Of a stretch of DNA of 64,000 nucleotides, positions 37,184-50,282 are shown in pieces. The stretch is taken from positions 7,440,001 through 7,504,000 of the forward strand of contig CM102289.1 of the NCBI GenBank assembly GCA_046563655.1, read 5' to 3'. Position 1 is the first letter of the stretch. Each line of letters starts with the position of its first letter. The notes under the pieces were generated by a model. The model made no database searches and was not told where the DNA came from. It saw only the letters and a list, made by a program, of their open reading frames with translations. The translations under genes were made by a program, and so were the position numbers. The stretch comes from Yuukianura sp. NJ FZ-2021. Its lineage: Eukaryota.

Positions 37184-40100
37184 CGGAAGTGGTTTCTGGG
37201 GATGGATGTTTGACGACGCGAGAACTAAGATTCCGAATGCTGTTTGACCTCAAGTGACCTCTAATAATATCAGAGATCAAGGCCAGCAAGGCTTTCCAGT
37301 AGTGAGAAATTTCGACAAAAACAAAATGTAACTCTAACTCAAAAATTTCGATTTTTTTTAAGTTTGGAAATATAAACGTCTCTACATTTCTTGTGAGATT
37401 AACTAGGTATTATTAATATACAGCCAGATTTTTATTCATGTGATGACTAATTCGCTTAAAATGTACAACAATGTCAGACGTATTGCTAAAATATGAAAAA
37501 AACGGAATTCCCTATTTTAAAATCTTTTTACCTTCATTTAACGTGTAAATTACCTCCATCAACAGCAAAATACGCTTTTAAGCTTATAACACGTCCCTTA
37601 AGCTCAGCTTTCAGCATCCTATTGTCATTCTCATCATCATCCCCCTCCCCCTCCGCACCTTTGCTCATACTTATAGTTTAAGTGCATTTCTACCTGTGGG
37701 AATGAAGCCCTACAAACATCTCAAGTTTCATTCTCATTCAATTTAGTAACTTCAAGTGGGAGACGCTGAAGTACATCAGTAGTTCCGCACATTTACAAAA
37801 ACGTGTTTTTCTGAACAATTGTCTACCTAGTTACCTTGTTTATAGCAAATTCTTTATCATTTTTTGCACTTTTTTCTTCATACTATATTTCCCTTGTGTA
37901 AGTCAAAGCCAAAAATGCAAAAGGCAGTGAAGTGAAAAAAAGTTTGAGCAAGTTTATACACTTTATAACAACACTGTTATAACTCCAAGAAATTGTTTGG
38001 CTTTTGTATCGTTTGACTGCATTTTCCAAAAGAATCAAGATCACTTTCTATAAGATCCGCAAATGTGATTATAAGAGATAGCCAACGAAACCAACCAAAG
38101 TTTGAGCAAAAAAGAAAATTAATGAATTTTTTGATCTTTTGTGCTAAAAAGTAACATTTTTAGTGTCAGACTGTTCACACTTCCTAAAAAAATTAAGTGT
38201 CATCAATAGTGTCGAATTTCATCATAATTGATTCTAATTTTTTGTGTTTCGTGTAAAACCATATACACACACGCAATTTTTAGCAAGAATTTTTTTTTGT
38301 ATTAGAAAAGTGCTTTTTGATGCGCAGGGGGACTGTTGAACTTCAACCCTGCCTCAAGTGATTCACGACTTTTTTAATGTTGTGTCAAAATTTGGAAATA
38401 GGTGAGAGCCCTCAAAAATTTTTGTTTTGAAAAATGAAATTATGATTTCTATGATTTCAATTATAATTGGGTTTGGTGTTGCATCCTTAAAAAGGAATTG
38501 CGGCACAAAATGTCATTACACTACTAGTGTGTGTGATCTCCCTGTTTGCCAAACGTGCCCAGAGAGTTTGATTACGCAAACGCAGAAAGATCAAGAGATG
38601 ATATTAGCAGAGATCATACATTTTAGAGTGCGTTGGGTCCATCCCTCCTCTTCAATCAGTTATTCAATCAGCATCACTAATAAGAACCTTAGCAATAAGA
38701 CCATTATTCCCATTTCCAAAACCTTGTTACAGAAAATTGATAGAGACGTAGACAACGCCAAGTTGAACGGTAAGATGACCAGGACATGAAAACAATTGCA
38801 TCAATGCGGCAACGCCTTTAAAAAGTTAGGTTAGGTTAAATCAAAAAGACATTTATTACAAATACACTTGAAAGGAATGATGCTCTCTTTAACCTATTCA
38901 CGCAACAAGCGTAAAAAATTATACGTTTTGGAGTTGACGAAATTACTCAATTGTCAAAATGTCTGAAAGAACCAAGTACTCTACTGGTCAAATGATACAT
39001 TTTCATTGGGAAAAAAATGAAGTAAGGCGTGCCGGTAAATGTCAAATTTTAGCAACAAAAAAGTCGCCCTTCAAATACTTTTACAAAAAAAAAACAGCTT
39101 GTTTTTATGAAAAAGGATGTTGGATTCCTAAACTGCAAAAACGAAATTACAATACCGAAGATTGTGGAAAAATATATTTCTCCAATTTTTTCGACTTGGA
39201 TTTAAAAATTGTAACTTTTTTGCGGATTTAAAAAAAAAGACGCCAAAGTCGAAGTCAGTACGAAACGTCATTTAAAAATTCAGAATTTTGCTTACAAGTT
39301 TTTGTGCTTTGCAATTTAAATAGTTTTGAGCAGTTCTTTCGGAATATTTTTTAAAACTGGGTTTGAACTGTAAAAGTCAAAAAAAAAAAAGTTAACTTTG
39401 TTTATGTTTTTCAAAATGTCTCTTAAAATTCGACAAATCAATCCAAAAGTTCTTTTTTGCTTTCGATTTTTTAAAATTTGTAAACAAAATTGGTTATAAA
39501 TTCGACAAAAATATTTTTTTTTGAGTTGTGATATAAATTTCAAAATGTGTTTGTAAACTGCTTGAACAGAAAGGGCAGACTTTTCTAAATTACAGCATTC
39601 ACTAGCATGTTGTGAGTTGTTTACAAAATTTTGAGGGAAACGGAGCGACTGCTAAATTTAGTTTCAATGTCACACAGAAGTGACAAAAGATGGACAACCT
39701 TAAGAACTGTTTGTTTCCTATGATTAAAGGGGAGCAGAAAAGGTAAAGGTAAATCTTGCGTTGCTAGGCAACCATCGTCATCCCTGTGTATTTAGTAATC
39801 TTCTGCTTCAACTTGAGGAAGATCTAAAACCATCAAGGTAACCTCAGGTTCGAACAAAATAGAGAGTTATTGAACAAAAACGAAAGTCAGCTTCAATAAC
39901 ATAGAGAAAAAAGATAGGGCCTGAAAAGACCTCCATACTTTTTTGAACAACAAAATATAAACCTCAGAGCAAAAGCTTTAAGAACGCCATTTATTTTACA
40001 TGCCTCATTCATTTTTGTCATCGGAATTACCGCCAAAAATTACCTTAATCCCTATGCTCATTTCACTTTAGAGGTTTTAATTACTAAAAGCCTAACTTTT

Positions 40101-43100
40101 AGCTAAGTTTTATAATTAACAATAGTAGTGAGACAATGGAGGGACTTGATTACGCTTATTTTATTATCCTAAGTGCACAGAATACTTACATAAAAGAGGT
40201 TTTGCCATGCATGTCATTGTTCTAAAATCTACGCGCATATGCAGTAGTACTACTGATACAACAGGGAAACTGCAATTCATTATTCCCCATCTACTCTTAC
40301 GCTCCAATTAAGTTTAACACTCTTACTTAATTTTTTTTTTGCATAACATACTTATAGGAAGACACTTCTCAAGTTGACACTCTTTTTTAAATGATGCTCA
40401 GTTGAATCTAGAGCAATTACAAATTGATTGAGGCAAGTACAGACACTTTAGGGTGTCTTTTTAATTGAGACTACTCAAAAGAAGTTATTTCAATTGTCAC
40501 ACAAAGTACAATGACAGTGAATCTAATCGGAAAGAATTAATTGTCCACTTTTTACAAAGTGGAGAGTCATAAATTTAGTGCAATTGACAATTTAGTGTCT
40601 TGTTTCAATTCAAAATTTATTGTTCGGTTTGAATTGAAAATTTATGGAGTCGGCTAGCGGCATAGGCGCGGTCAAATATTTGCGAACAGTCCGCTTAAGA
40701 TTTATTACCGTGTGAAGTCGTTAAGGCTTTCACTTTAGTTTTTTTTTAAAACTATTTGCAATGTTTCTGAGAAAATTTGGTATAAGTGAAGAAGAAAACA
40801 AATTTCCGCTTTTGGAAAAAACTGGAAATTATCAAATTGTTTGAATTTTTAGCGGTGTCAAAAATATTTTTAAAAAATGAACAGGTTACTTGACTCAGAA
40901 TTAATTTTTATACACGAAACTATTTTGTGCTGCAAAAAAATTCACACAGTCATGCTCTGATTAAAATTTTTGAACTTTAAACGCTTCCTTAAAACGTCCC
41001 TTAACCACTTTATGCGGTGAAAGGTATTAAGTTTACATTGTACATTTGTCACTCCCACAGTATGCATAGTTAAACACATCACGTTACATATTATGTTTCA
41101 TGTATTACACCACATTACATTATGTATTTTCCATGTATTGCATTATATTTCTTTTCCGTGTTATCTAAATATTATGTTTTGCCAATATTTGAAATTTGTT
41201 TCACACAAATTTTCAAACCCCCAAAACAGTATTTGTACACGAAAACGAAAACGTAAAAATCAAACATGTTTTAGTACGGTTACAATCCTTTGATCCTTGA
41301 ATTTTCGTTGGAAGCTTATTACACAACCTTGACAAGGGCTTTTGAACAATACTGAAAATTTTGAATGCACCAAACTTGAAATTTGATGAGTCTTACAAAG
41401 AGATGAATTGGCATGAATTTGCCTAGTTAATTTTGCAACAATTGACGACTACTTCCTTCCAAGTAGTGTGTTGAGTCAAAAGTTGCCTTCAGACGTAACT
41501 AACAAAATCGTAAGCAAATGTAACGAAACGAGCAACGACAGCAGCGTTAGTCGCTAGGAGCCAAATAGGATCTTACTTTGAACATGACAATACCCAATGC
41601 CTCTCTTTTGTGTTGTTGTCTAAGCGTATCATTATGAAAACCCACAGTTAGCCTTCTCCCTTAAGTCACAATTTCCATTGTCTTTTGCAAATTTTTTATT
41701 TAAGCCAAAAGCCTCCATCGTCCCAGGACAGTAATTACTAAAAATGTAATCAATCATTTTCTCATCTCACCAAAGGCATCTACCACATCTTCATCTTTTA
41801 CATCTTTCAAAATACACCAAGGAAAACTATACGTTTCACTTTTTGTGCTTCGCCTTAATCAATAAATCTCACAGCACAATTTGTTAATCATCAGCATTAT
41901 CAAATTGCTGATCATTTCAAACCGGGATAAGCTTAGTTGAATGTCAAACATGTTTATGAGCTTCTGATTGGCTGATTTCCTATTTTGGAATATGGAAGGT
42001 CAATTTTGAAATTTCTAAACTGTAAACAAGAGAAAAATTCAAAATGTAACGAAAGATTTTTGGTTTCAATTTAAGTCTTTTTTAGCTTCTAATAAACCTC
42101 GGAGTTTTTACTTGAAAAATGTTTTGTATCTTTGGTTCAATTTGTTTTTCGTTGAAATTTTGAATTTTTTGAACTCTAAATTTTCTGAATTTTTAGTATT
42201 GCATGACAATTTGAAGTTTTGCAAAAACGTAAAAGGACAAAGGTTAAAGTTGTTACATAATTTACGCGTGAGCAATGAAATTTTTCCATTGACGTAAAAG
42301 TGATTTACGCGTACACGGCATGAAATTTAGGCATTCGAAACGAATGGACTTTAAAAATTAAAAAATAACTATACTATACTGTTTTTGAATTAACAAATTT
42401 ACAATTCAAAATCCAATTGATTTACGCAAAATATTGAAATTGTATGTTGCAAATCCATACATAAAAACCGCTTCATGACACTAACGACATGTCTATTAAA
42501 ATTTGTGAAATTGATTGATTTTTTTTTTCACCCACCTTTAACTAAAAAGTTTATTGCGCCAGTTCATTTATTATTTTAACTTTGCCTATAAAATTCTTCT
42601 TCTAGTTAACTTCTCAAAAAAAATTGATCTCCTCCCTAAGTTAATAACAGTTTTTGTTAAGTTTAGTCCCTCCCTTGTTATCGATTGCTTCCAATTGTTG
42701 CCAAATTTCGTTTTTAGGCTTCCAACACCCTTATTGCGCCTGCGTTCAATTTTGCTAACCTAACCATACTAGGTTAGGCTAACCTACGTTTACCACCTCG
42801 TTATTTACGACCAGAAAATTCCGTGAGCTAGATGAAGAGGAGTAAAATTCAACCAAGGAGCTTTAATCATAACAATTATGGGATTAATTAGACTTGCCTC
42901 AGTTTAAAGTTCCCTCCCTTCTGAGAGTTAAGGCCGCCGCCATATTGCTTGCAACAACTTTGTCAGTATCGATGTGGGTCATCGAAGCTTTACAATGTGC
43001 TGCTGGGCGATACTAGCTTAGTGGTTACGGCGTAACCTTTTACCCTCTTCACTTCATAAAAGTTACGCTGGTGGTTACATTTAAGGTGGTAACCATTAAT

Positions 43101-43852
43101 TCACTTTCTTCTACCTTGGAATTGCTAAATAATTTATTGGTTTTAACTGAAGTAAAAAAACAGCATAAGTTGGACTGTTCGTTGGCACTTGAATACAAGA
43201 CAAATTAAGAAATTTGCAAATCCAACAGATTCGTATCGTGGGAATGTCTAGGGCTGAACAATGATATAAATCGTTAGTCAACATGAACAATACAGTTACA
43301 CATTGCATTGTACTCAGGTAGCTACTAATGTTACTCATACTTTGTAAGTTAACAAAGTGTATTTTGGTCAATTCATTAATTTTAAAGCATGAATTGATGT
43401 AAATCTGACACTTTTGGCGTTGATTACCCCAGTGGCACCTTCACCGTCAAATCCTTAACTGGCACACGCCTGACCAGACATGGGAATAGGTGTCAAGTCT
43501 CCCCTATAATTATCCTTGTAAAAATATGAATAAGGAACAAAAAACGTGATTGGGTAGGTACAGAATGAGTAGGTACAAAAAATTACAATGTTTCAGAAAA
43601 ATTGAGATGTTAACAAAATTCTAAATTGGATTCAGGTCAATTCGAGGCATACCGAAAGAAAAAGTTTCATGTTGAGGAAAATTTGATACACGACTTTCCT
43701 ATATTCGGCTACCCCCCAAGTTTAGTGAAAACGTAAATTTCTTTTGCAACTAAGGCTATGTTAATAAAGTAAAATTGAAGAAAATTTTTCTGAAATGTTT
43801 GCTTTTTTCAAATTCATTGAAATTTTGTTAATTTTTGCAGATTTGATGTACG

Positions 43853-45652
43853 ATGGAACTGGAGGACTGTGTAAACGTTTACAAACGAAGAAAACGGCGA
43901 CGCCGTGAACCCAAGTCCGGAACTTTACAAATTTTAAAACCGGAAACGCCAACTTCCTCCAGAAATCGACTTAAAATGATGAAAAAATGTGATCAGCAAG
44001 GATCCAACAATAGAAGATCATCCTTCCAACACTTTGTTTCTTCCTCCTTACTAACTAACATGATTTACACCTCTCTTCTAATTACTTTGGCCTTCCCCTT
44101 CTTCTTTGTTTGTGCAGAGGAACAGCCCCATCCTTCACCAGCAGGGGTAAAGGGCAATTAGCACCTTCTTAAGTGCCTCCCTACCTTGTTTGCAATTTCA
44201 CTTTCAGCAATTACGCCAAAAACGCAATTTTAACATTAAAAGATTAACAAAGTTTGACTTTTTGTTGTTTTTTACAGTTTCTAGATTTTGACAACTTACC
44301 TGTGACGCGATTCACTTGTGATGGGAAAGTCATTGGAGGTTACTACGCAGACGTGGAAACTGGATGCCAAATGTTCCATGTTTGTACTCTAGGACAGAAA
44401 GGTAAACATTATTTTCAAATTTGGGTCAAAAAGTGGTAAATTTTGAATAACTTTTTTGAATTTTTTGGTTACCGTAGATGAAATCCAAGATATCAAATTT
44501 CTCTGTGTCAATGGAACCGTGTTTGACCAAGAGACGCGCGTCTGTGAACGTGTTGACGAAGTAGATTGTTCCCAAGCTGAAAAATATTATGACCTCAATT
44601 TAGATTTGTACGTTCCGTATGTCACTACTCCAAAAACGTCTGAAGAGGTCACATCAACTGTTGCTACAACCACAACAACTACAACAACAACTACGACCAC
44701 CACTACGCCGGCGCCAACCGTGGCCCAATTTAGACCCCTGCACCCATACCTCACTTCGTCCCAGCGATTCCAGCACCATCTTCAGCACTCTACACCTAAA
44801 CCTACCTCTCCAGCCAATTCTAAAGGCTTTTCCTCCTTTTCATACTACCAGAGAAATCCAACAGCGAATTTCCAGCCTAAAACTTCACCAGAATCAGTTC
44901 CAATTTCTTCATCTGAATACAATTCGAACTTTCGACAATCATATGTTATTAATCACTCTCGAAATGATGACGAAGAAGAAGGAAGTCCGACTGGAAGAAA
45001 AGTGCCGTCCGGAGGTTCCAAACCGGCCATTTTCTACAATACTCATTCTGGTTTCAAAAGAAATTCCAGCAGTAGACCACTTCCGTATACAGTGACGACG
45101 ACCACTACGACGACGACGACAGAGCGGTCAATTCCGACATTTCCGCCGTCAACGGAAGATCCCGAGTACTATGACGAAGACTACTCGGAATCAGCGGCAG
45201 CCGAAGAGTCGTCGTCGTCAGCCAATGACCATTATCCACCAGTGGACTATCGTCAGAGTAAGAACATGAACGAGCAGACGAGTACTGAACATGAACAGTC
45301 GTCGATCACTAGTAACAACAGCACATCGGCCCAGAAGAGCAGTGTTGAGAAGGAGCCGGAATCGCTGTACTATGACGACGAATATGGAGATGAAATGCCG
45401 CTGGAGTATAGCGATGAGGATCATGCCATTATTAATCCAAATGAGCATCATTTTACGCATGTTGATGTTCCGAGGATTCCATATGCAAAACCGAACGTCC
45501 CTCGTGTTTTAGTAACCAATGGGAAACCGTTTCTACCACGTCTGAGGCGTCAGAGTTATCATCTTCATCAGCTGATTCCAAATATCTACAAAAGTAATCC
45601 AAATCCTCATCACTCATCTTCGAGTAGTGCCACACAAATATTTTTATATTGA
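43853..45652 (+). CDS. Chitin-binding type-2 (peritrophin-A/CBM14, CPAP1-like) secreted protein with a Thr/Ser-rich mucin-like tail
   Basis: Exons 43853 (or Met at 44060)-44146, 44278-44401, 44478-45652. Signal-like MIYTSLLITLAFPFFFVCA; six-Cys domain FTCDGKVIGGYYADVETGCQMFHVC...FLCVNGTVFDQETRVCERVDEVDC; poly-Thr tracts. Confidence 0.9.
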
Positions 45653-45818
45653 AAAAATCAATACAATCTTATTCTTTGATTTGTAAAATAGCGGTTAATA
45701 AAAATATGACCTTACCTCAGCAACTTGTATGAAGTTAACACTAAACCGAATGTTGAGTACCAATCTAAAGTACCGAAAGCTAAACTTACGTTGATAAAAC
45801 TAGTTTATGGTTTAGAAA

Positions 45819-47072
45819 TCAGAACTTGAGAATCTTCTTGTCCCTGGATGCATTTTTGGCTCGCTTCTTCTTCAAGTAGCTCTCGATTTTTCCTTTCGCC
45901 TTCAGCTCGTCGTACTTCTGGGCGAGTTCAACATACTTTTTGGTTGCTAATAAACAGGAAGAACAAAAATTGATTAGTTTCTATTTTGTTTTCAATTAAA
46001 GGTTTTTAGAACATCAGCAGAAACGATTGACCAACAACGAAACTTAAACTCACATTTCTTCATGTAATAAGGTTTCTTCCCTTGAGCAACCTGTTCTTGG
46101 CGCTCCTTTTTGGCAGCACGTCGCTTCTCTTCCTCTTCCGCTTTCTTGGCTGCAGCTTTCTCTTTGTTAGACTGAAAAATAATCGTCAGAACCAACATGA
46201 TAGGTAATTAACATAGTAGGTTTAGGTTTAGATTACGATTCAGCTTACCAATCTTTGTAAGAACGTTTTTATTTTTGTTTTCTTTGTTTCGTCTAAACTC
46301 TTATCCCTGCTGAATGTTTGTTTTAAATTCTTCTGCTCATCCTTAGCCATGTCCCGGAGGAAGCTGTAGTTCGTATTCCATAACTAAAAAAAATATTTTG
46401 CGTTAAACATGAATTTGATTTTTTATGATAAAATACTACATCAGATCATTACTGATTGAGTAAAAAGTTTACCTCTTCATTCAATTTCCCACAGTCTTCT
46501 GCAAATCTGGGGTCCCTACTTATGATCTTCTTTTTCTTGACTGGAACGATATCTCGTACAGCAGGGACACGAACTTTAGAAGACATTTCGCGCGGACGGT
46601 TTTTGTTGTCCCTTTTGATCTGTTTCTGTTGTTTCTTCGTGGATGAGCCGGATAACCCCGATTTGTGCTTAGAACCAAACATAGCTTCGTTGTACTCCTT
46701 CGTCCCGAGTTTCTCTTTCAGAGCCAGCAATTCTTCAAATGTTAAATTTGAAAGCTGATTTCTAATCTCGGTCTGAAAATGAACAAAAGGTTACCGAAGT
46801 CATGACTTGATGGCTACGTAAATGTGCTGATGCCTCCACAGTGGACTTACCCTGGTCGGTTCCGCCTCCATTTCTTCTGAACTACCACTACTAGTACCTT
46901 CATCTTCTCCGGAGTTGCTTTCTGCATGTTTTTCCTCTGCAGAATCAGAATCTGACTGTGAACCTGCGTCTTCATTGTACGACACGACCTCGTCCTTTAT
47001 CTCTACATCTGATTCGTCTTCAAATTCGGATGAAACTGACACAGGCACCGCTGACTTCTTAACTCTTGGCAT
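45819..47072 (-). CDS. RRP36: Ribosomal RNA processing protein 36 homolog
   Basis: Acidic N-terminus, then LSNLTFEELLALKEKLGTKEYN, NKNRPREMSSK, RDPRF, NYSFL, GKKPYYMKKS..K..EL..KYDELK..GKIESYLKKKRAKNASRD; five exons with GT-AG introns. Confidence 0.9.
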
Positions 47073-47847
47073 TATTCCTGCGCTACCAAATGCTAACAAC
47101 AAAGGATAGGAAGTCAATTCAATTCCAATCCAACAGTATATTCTATTCAGAAAGTTTATTAAGCAGTTAATGATTTACCTTCGTCACCTTACACGAACGA
47201 CTTCGTCGTACCTATTTGTATTCAGATAACCAAAGGACCTAATCGTTATGAAAATTGAAAAAAATTGAGAACATAACGTTGACTATTCAGTTATCCCGTA
47301 GCCGTAGTTTACTTTGAAGTAATTAGGTTAGCGGAGTAAGAAATTACAGAGCGGGCCATAAATTTTTCACCTGTTTTCATATGTTTCAGAAAATTTTCGC
47401 GGTCTTTTTCAAATCAGGCGTCTATGATACTACGCAAAATTTGTTTGGAACAATAACAAAGTAATACCATAAAGCACGACTTTAAAACGTTAAACATTAT
47501 TGAACAAAAAATTGAAATTGAAAAAACATTGAATTTGATTGATGCTTTCTCGGTGCCCTATAAAAAATTGCACGAGTTCCTCAGAATTCCGACAAAATTT
47601 TTTTTTAAAAAACAGGGTATTGGATAACGTAAATATAATTACATTATAATATTTAATTAATTTAATTTCATTTTTGTTAAATACGCATACCGAAGAAATT
47701 GTGCAACAAGTACAAAATTTAATCAACAACTTATTACAAAATCACTAAAAATTTCTCCGGATTCCTTCAGAAATGGAAAAAATTTTAACTTCTAACTTAA
47801 CTAAAATCCTACGCTAAACAAATGAACTGTGATTTTCATGAGCTTTT

Positions 47848-49117
47848 TCAATCAGATTCAGAAGGAATGCCGATTCGTGGCAGACAAACTGAATAGTTAT
47901 TGCAAGGATTGAAGCAGCAAACGGTTCTTTCGTCGTCACAGTCTGACTGTACAATGCATTTTGGCAAATTGTCGATACTGCAAATTCCAGCAACAATGTC
48001 CCCGGGACAGTCAGGCTCGTGGTCATCATAATGAAAATCTGCAAATTTTCAAAATTGATATTTTTTTTTTTTTGCAACTTTTGAAATTTTTAAATGTCAA
48101 CTCACGACTCGTGTGAAACCCGTCTCCGCGTGAAGGAATTACGATTCCTGGTGCAGTATTGACCAAGGTGGGTAAACAAGCAAATTGTTGATTGCTACAA
48201 GAGGTTATTCGTTAAGAAGGAATCACACATGGCAACGGGGTGTCTCGTTTCGCCTCAAATTAACTAACTTTAAGGTCTAATTAGACCTCACAGGTATATC
48301 GTAGAAATGTGTACAAGGGCTCTAAAAATTCGTCATTACCTGTAGAATACAGAGCAGTGATCGGAATTTGAATTTTTATTGCGAAATAATACTAAAAATT
48401 GAATACAAAGTTCAATTTTTTCTAAGCGTGGAATGATACAAAAATTCGGAAATTTGGTTACGGCGACTTAAGCGCCATGGTCTTCCGGATTTTTAGACAC
48501 CTCAAACGCATTTCTAGGTCTTATAATGAACATCTAATTAGCCAAAATAGATGAAATTCTATAGTAATTTGCAAATTAGCAAAAGTCGGCACTGAAATTA
48601 GCCGTCTCCATGGGGACACGTTGATTGTTGAGCCCCAGATTATTTGAAATGTTGTACTTTGAAAAACTTTGATTCGTCAACCATTCGAAAGAGTGCCGAC
48701 TTTTGCACGTTTGAGCAGTGATTTTGCTTTGTTACTAACGGCAATGGCTGACAGCAAATCGTAAACAAACGCTGCCTCTTACCCGTCCTTAAGTCCGGTT
48801 ACTACGTTTTTTGCGAAAATTTTCAAAAATGAAACCGACTCACGTTAGCCTTCTTTTCCATGGCAATTTTTTAAAATTGAATTTTTTTTTTCATAAAAGC
48901 TGAGATTTTATTATCAAAATCAAAATACAAAACTGGAGTAGTAAACAAAATTGGCGGAAAATTGGCGGAAAAAGTTGTTTGCACTCAATTTTTATAAAAC
49001 TCGGAGGTACGGAACAACCTCTTGTAGCAAGGGCAATTTGGTTGCTATAGCAACCTTGGTATTGACTACTTTGCTCAAGTGGCAAAAGATGACGCAAGCT
49101 AAAATTATTTTGTACAT
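47848..49117 (-). pseudogene. Secreted single-WAP (four-disulfide core) peptide gene, 99 aa when reconstructed, disrupted by a TIR element in exon 1
   Basis: Joining 49117-49059 + 48155-48106 + 48038-47848 gives MYKIILACVIFCHLSKVVNTAPGIVIPSRGDGFHTSHFHYDDHEPDCPGDIVAGICSIDNLPKCIVQSDCDDERTVCCFNPCNNYSVCLPRIGIPSESD*: a signal peptide plus the 8-Cys WAP pattern with CC; canonical intron 48105-48039. Confidence 0.85.
48164..49058. mobile_element. Non-autonomous TIR DNA transposon (hAT- or P-like), 895 bp, 8-bp TSD
   Basis: TSD GTATTGAC at 48156-48163 and 49059-49066. Imperfect ~41-bp TIRs: left CAAGGTGGGTAAACAAGCAAATTGTTGATTGCTACAAGAGG, right (reverse complement) CAAGGTTGCTATAGCAACCAAATTGCCCTTGCTACAAGAGG. 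Internal perfect 15-bp IR at 48579-48593/48692-48706. No transposase ORF. Confidence 0.88.
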
Positions 49118-49672
49118 TTTGAATTCAAAGTGTAAATAAGGATGCAAAATATTTTTGATGCTTCTCAAAGTTCAAGTGAAGATGATCATACAAAACAGCG
49201 TTTTACGCAAGTTACATCAAATTTTTTGAGCTTTATATAGAAAATGATTGCAACCATTGTCAGTTGTTGTTCCAGATTTCATGCTTTCCAGAACATTCTA
49301 TTTGTTTACTGTTATTTTCCAAAAGACCTATACAAAAACAAATTACAAAATGAAGTTACGAAATTCTCAGTCGCAGTACGACGCTAAAATTTCAAATGCA
49401 AAGCTTATAAACAATTGTGATACGCTTGAAAAAGTTGACATTTTGGTAAACAATGTCCGCTTTGGATATGAAACCCGGAAGACTTATTTTTCTGGATTTT
49501 TTGTCAACAAAATAGACTATTTTTAGCTTTGTTAATTGAAATTTTGCATTCTGGAAAATTATTTCCTATTAGTAAAATGTGCTCATTCTTATGTAAGAAT
49601 TTCGTTAGGAAATTAATACACAAATGGGAGACTCAATTAACTGTTTTATTTCTTTTTTTTAGTTGTTACAAC

Positions 49673-50282
49673 TTAATAGGCCCCGTAGCCTCCGTATGCC
49701 CCAGGGTAGCCACCACCATAACCACCATAGCCACCATAACCACCTCCATATCCGCCGTATCCGCCGTAACCACCATGACCCCCTGGGAAGCCCCCGTATC
49801 CTCCGTAACCGCCATATCCTCCTCCATAACCACCGTGGTGTGGGAAGCCACCTCCGTATCCGCCATAACCGCCATAACCTCCAGCTGGGCCGTAACCACC
49901 GTAACCTCCAGCTGGGCCGTAACCACCGTAACCTCCAGCTGGGCCGTAACCGCCATAGCCTCCAGCTGGGCCGTAACCGCCATAGCCTCCAGCTGGGCCG
50001 TAACCACCATATCCACCACCATAACCACCGTAAGCTCCTCCTACATGTGGGCTTGCTGCCGTGGAGTACGAATTGCTGTACGACGAAACTGATCCGCCAG
50101 CAAGTGCTGAAAAGAAAACGAATTTCACTTTCAAACTTTTCAAATTCAAAACATTTTTAATGAAACCCGTCTAGTTAAAATTTCGTTGATTTTCACATAA
50201 TATTTTAAAACAGAAATAACCTACGGGCAACAGGAGCAGCCGAAGCTGCAGCGATGAACCCGAGAAGAAGAACAGCCTTCAT
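49673..50282 (-). CDS. Secreted Gly/Tyr-rich protein (cuticular/structural-type)
   Basis: Exon 50282-50225 (signal MKAVLLLGFIAAASA) plus exon 50106-49673; GGYG repeats including about five 30-bp units encoding GGYGGYGPA-type repeats. Confidence 0.88.

Noticed and set aside
38427..38789. 120-aa ORF with a Cys cluster
   Set aside because: No convincing domain spacing or splice context.
47814..48077. Listed 87-aa minus-strand ORF
   Set aside because: Wrong frame; the overlapping frame encodes the 8-Cys WAP exon.
49529..50160. Plus-strand repetitive ORFs (187 aa and 165 aa)
   Set aside because: Antisense shadows of the Gly/Tyr-rich gene, which has a signal exon and canonical splice sites.
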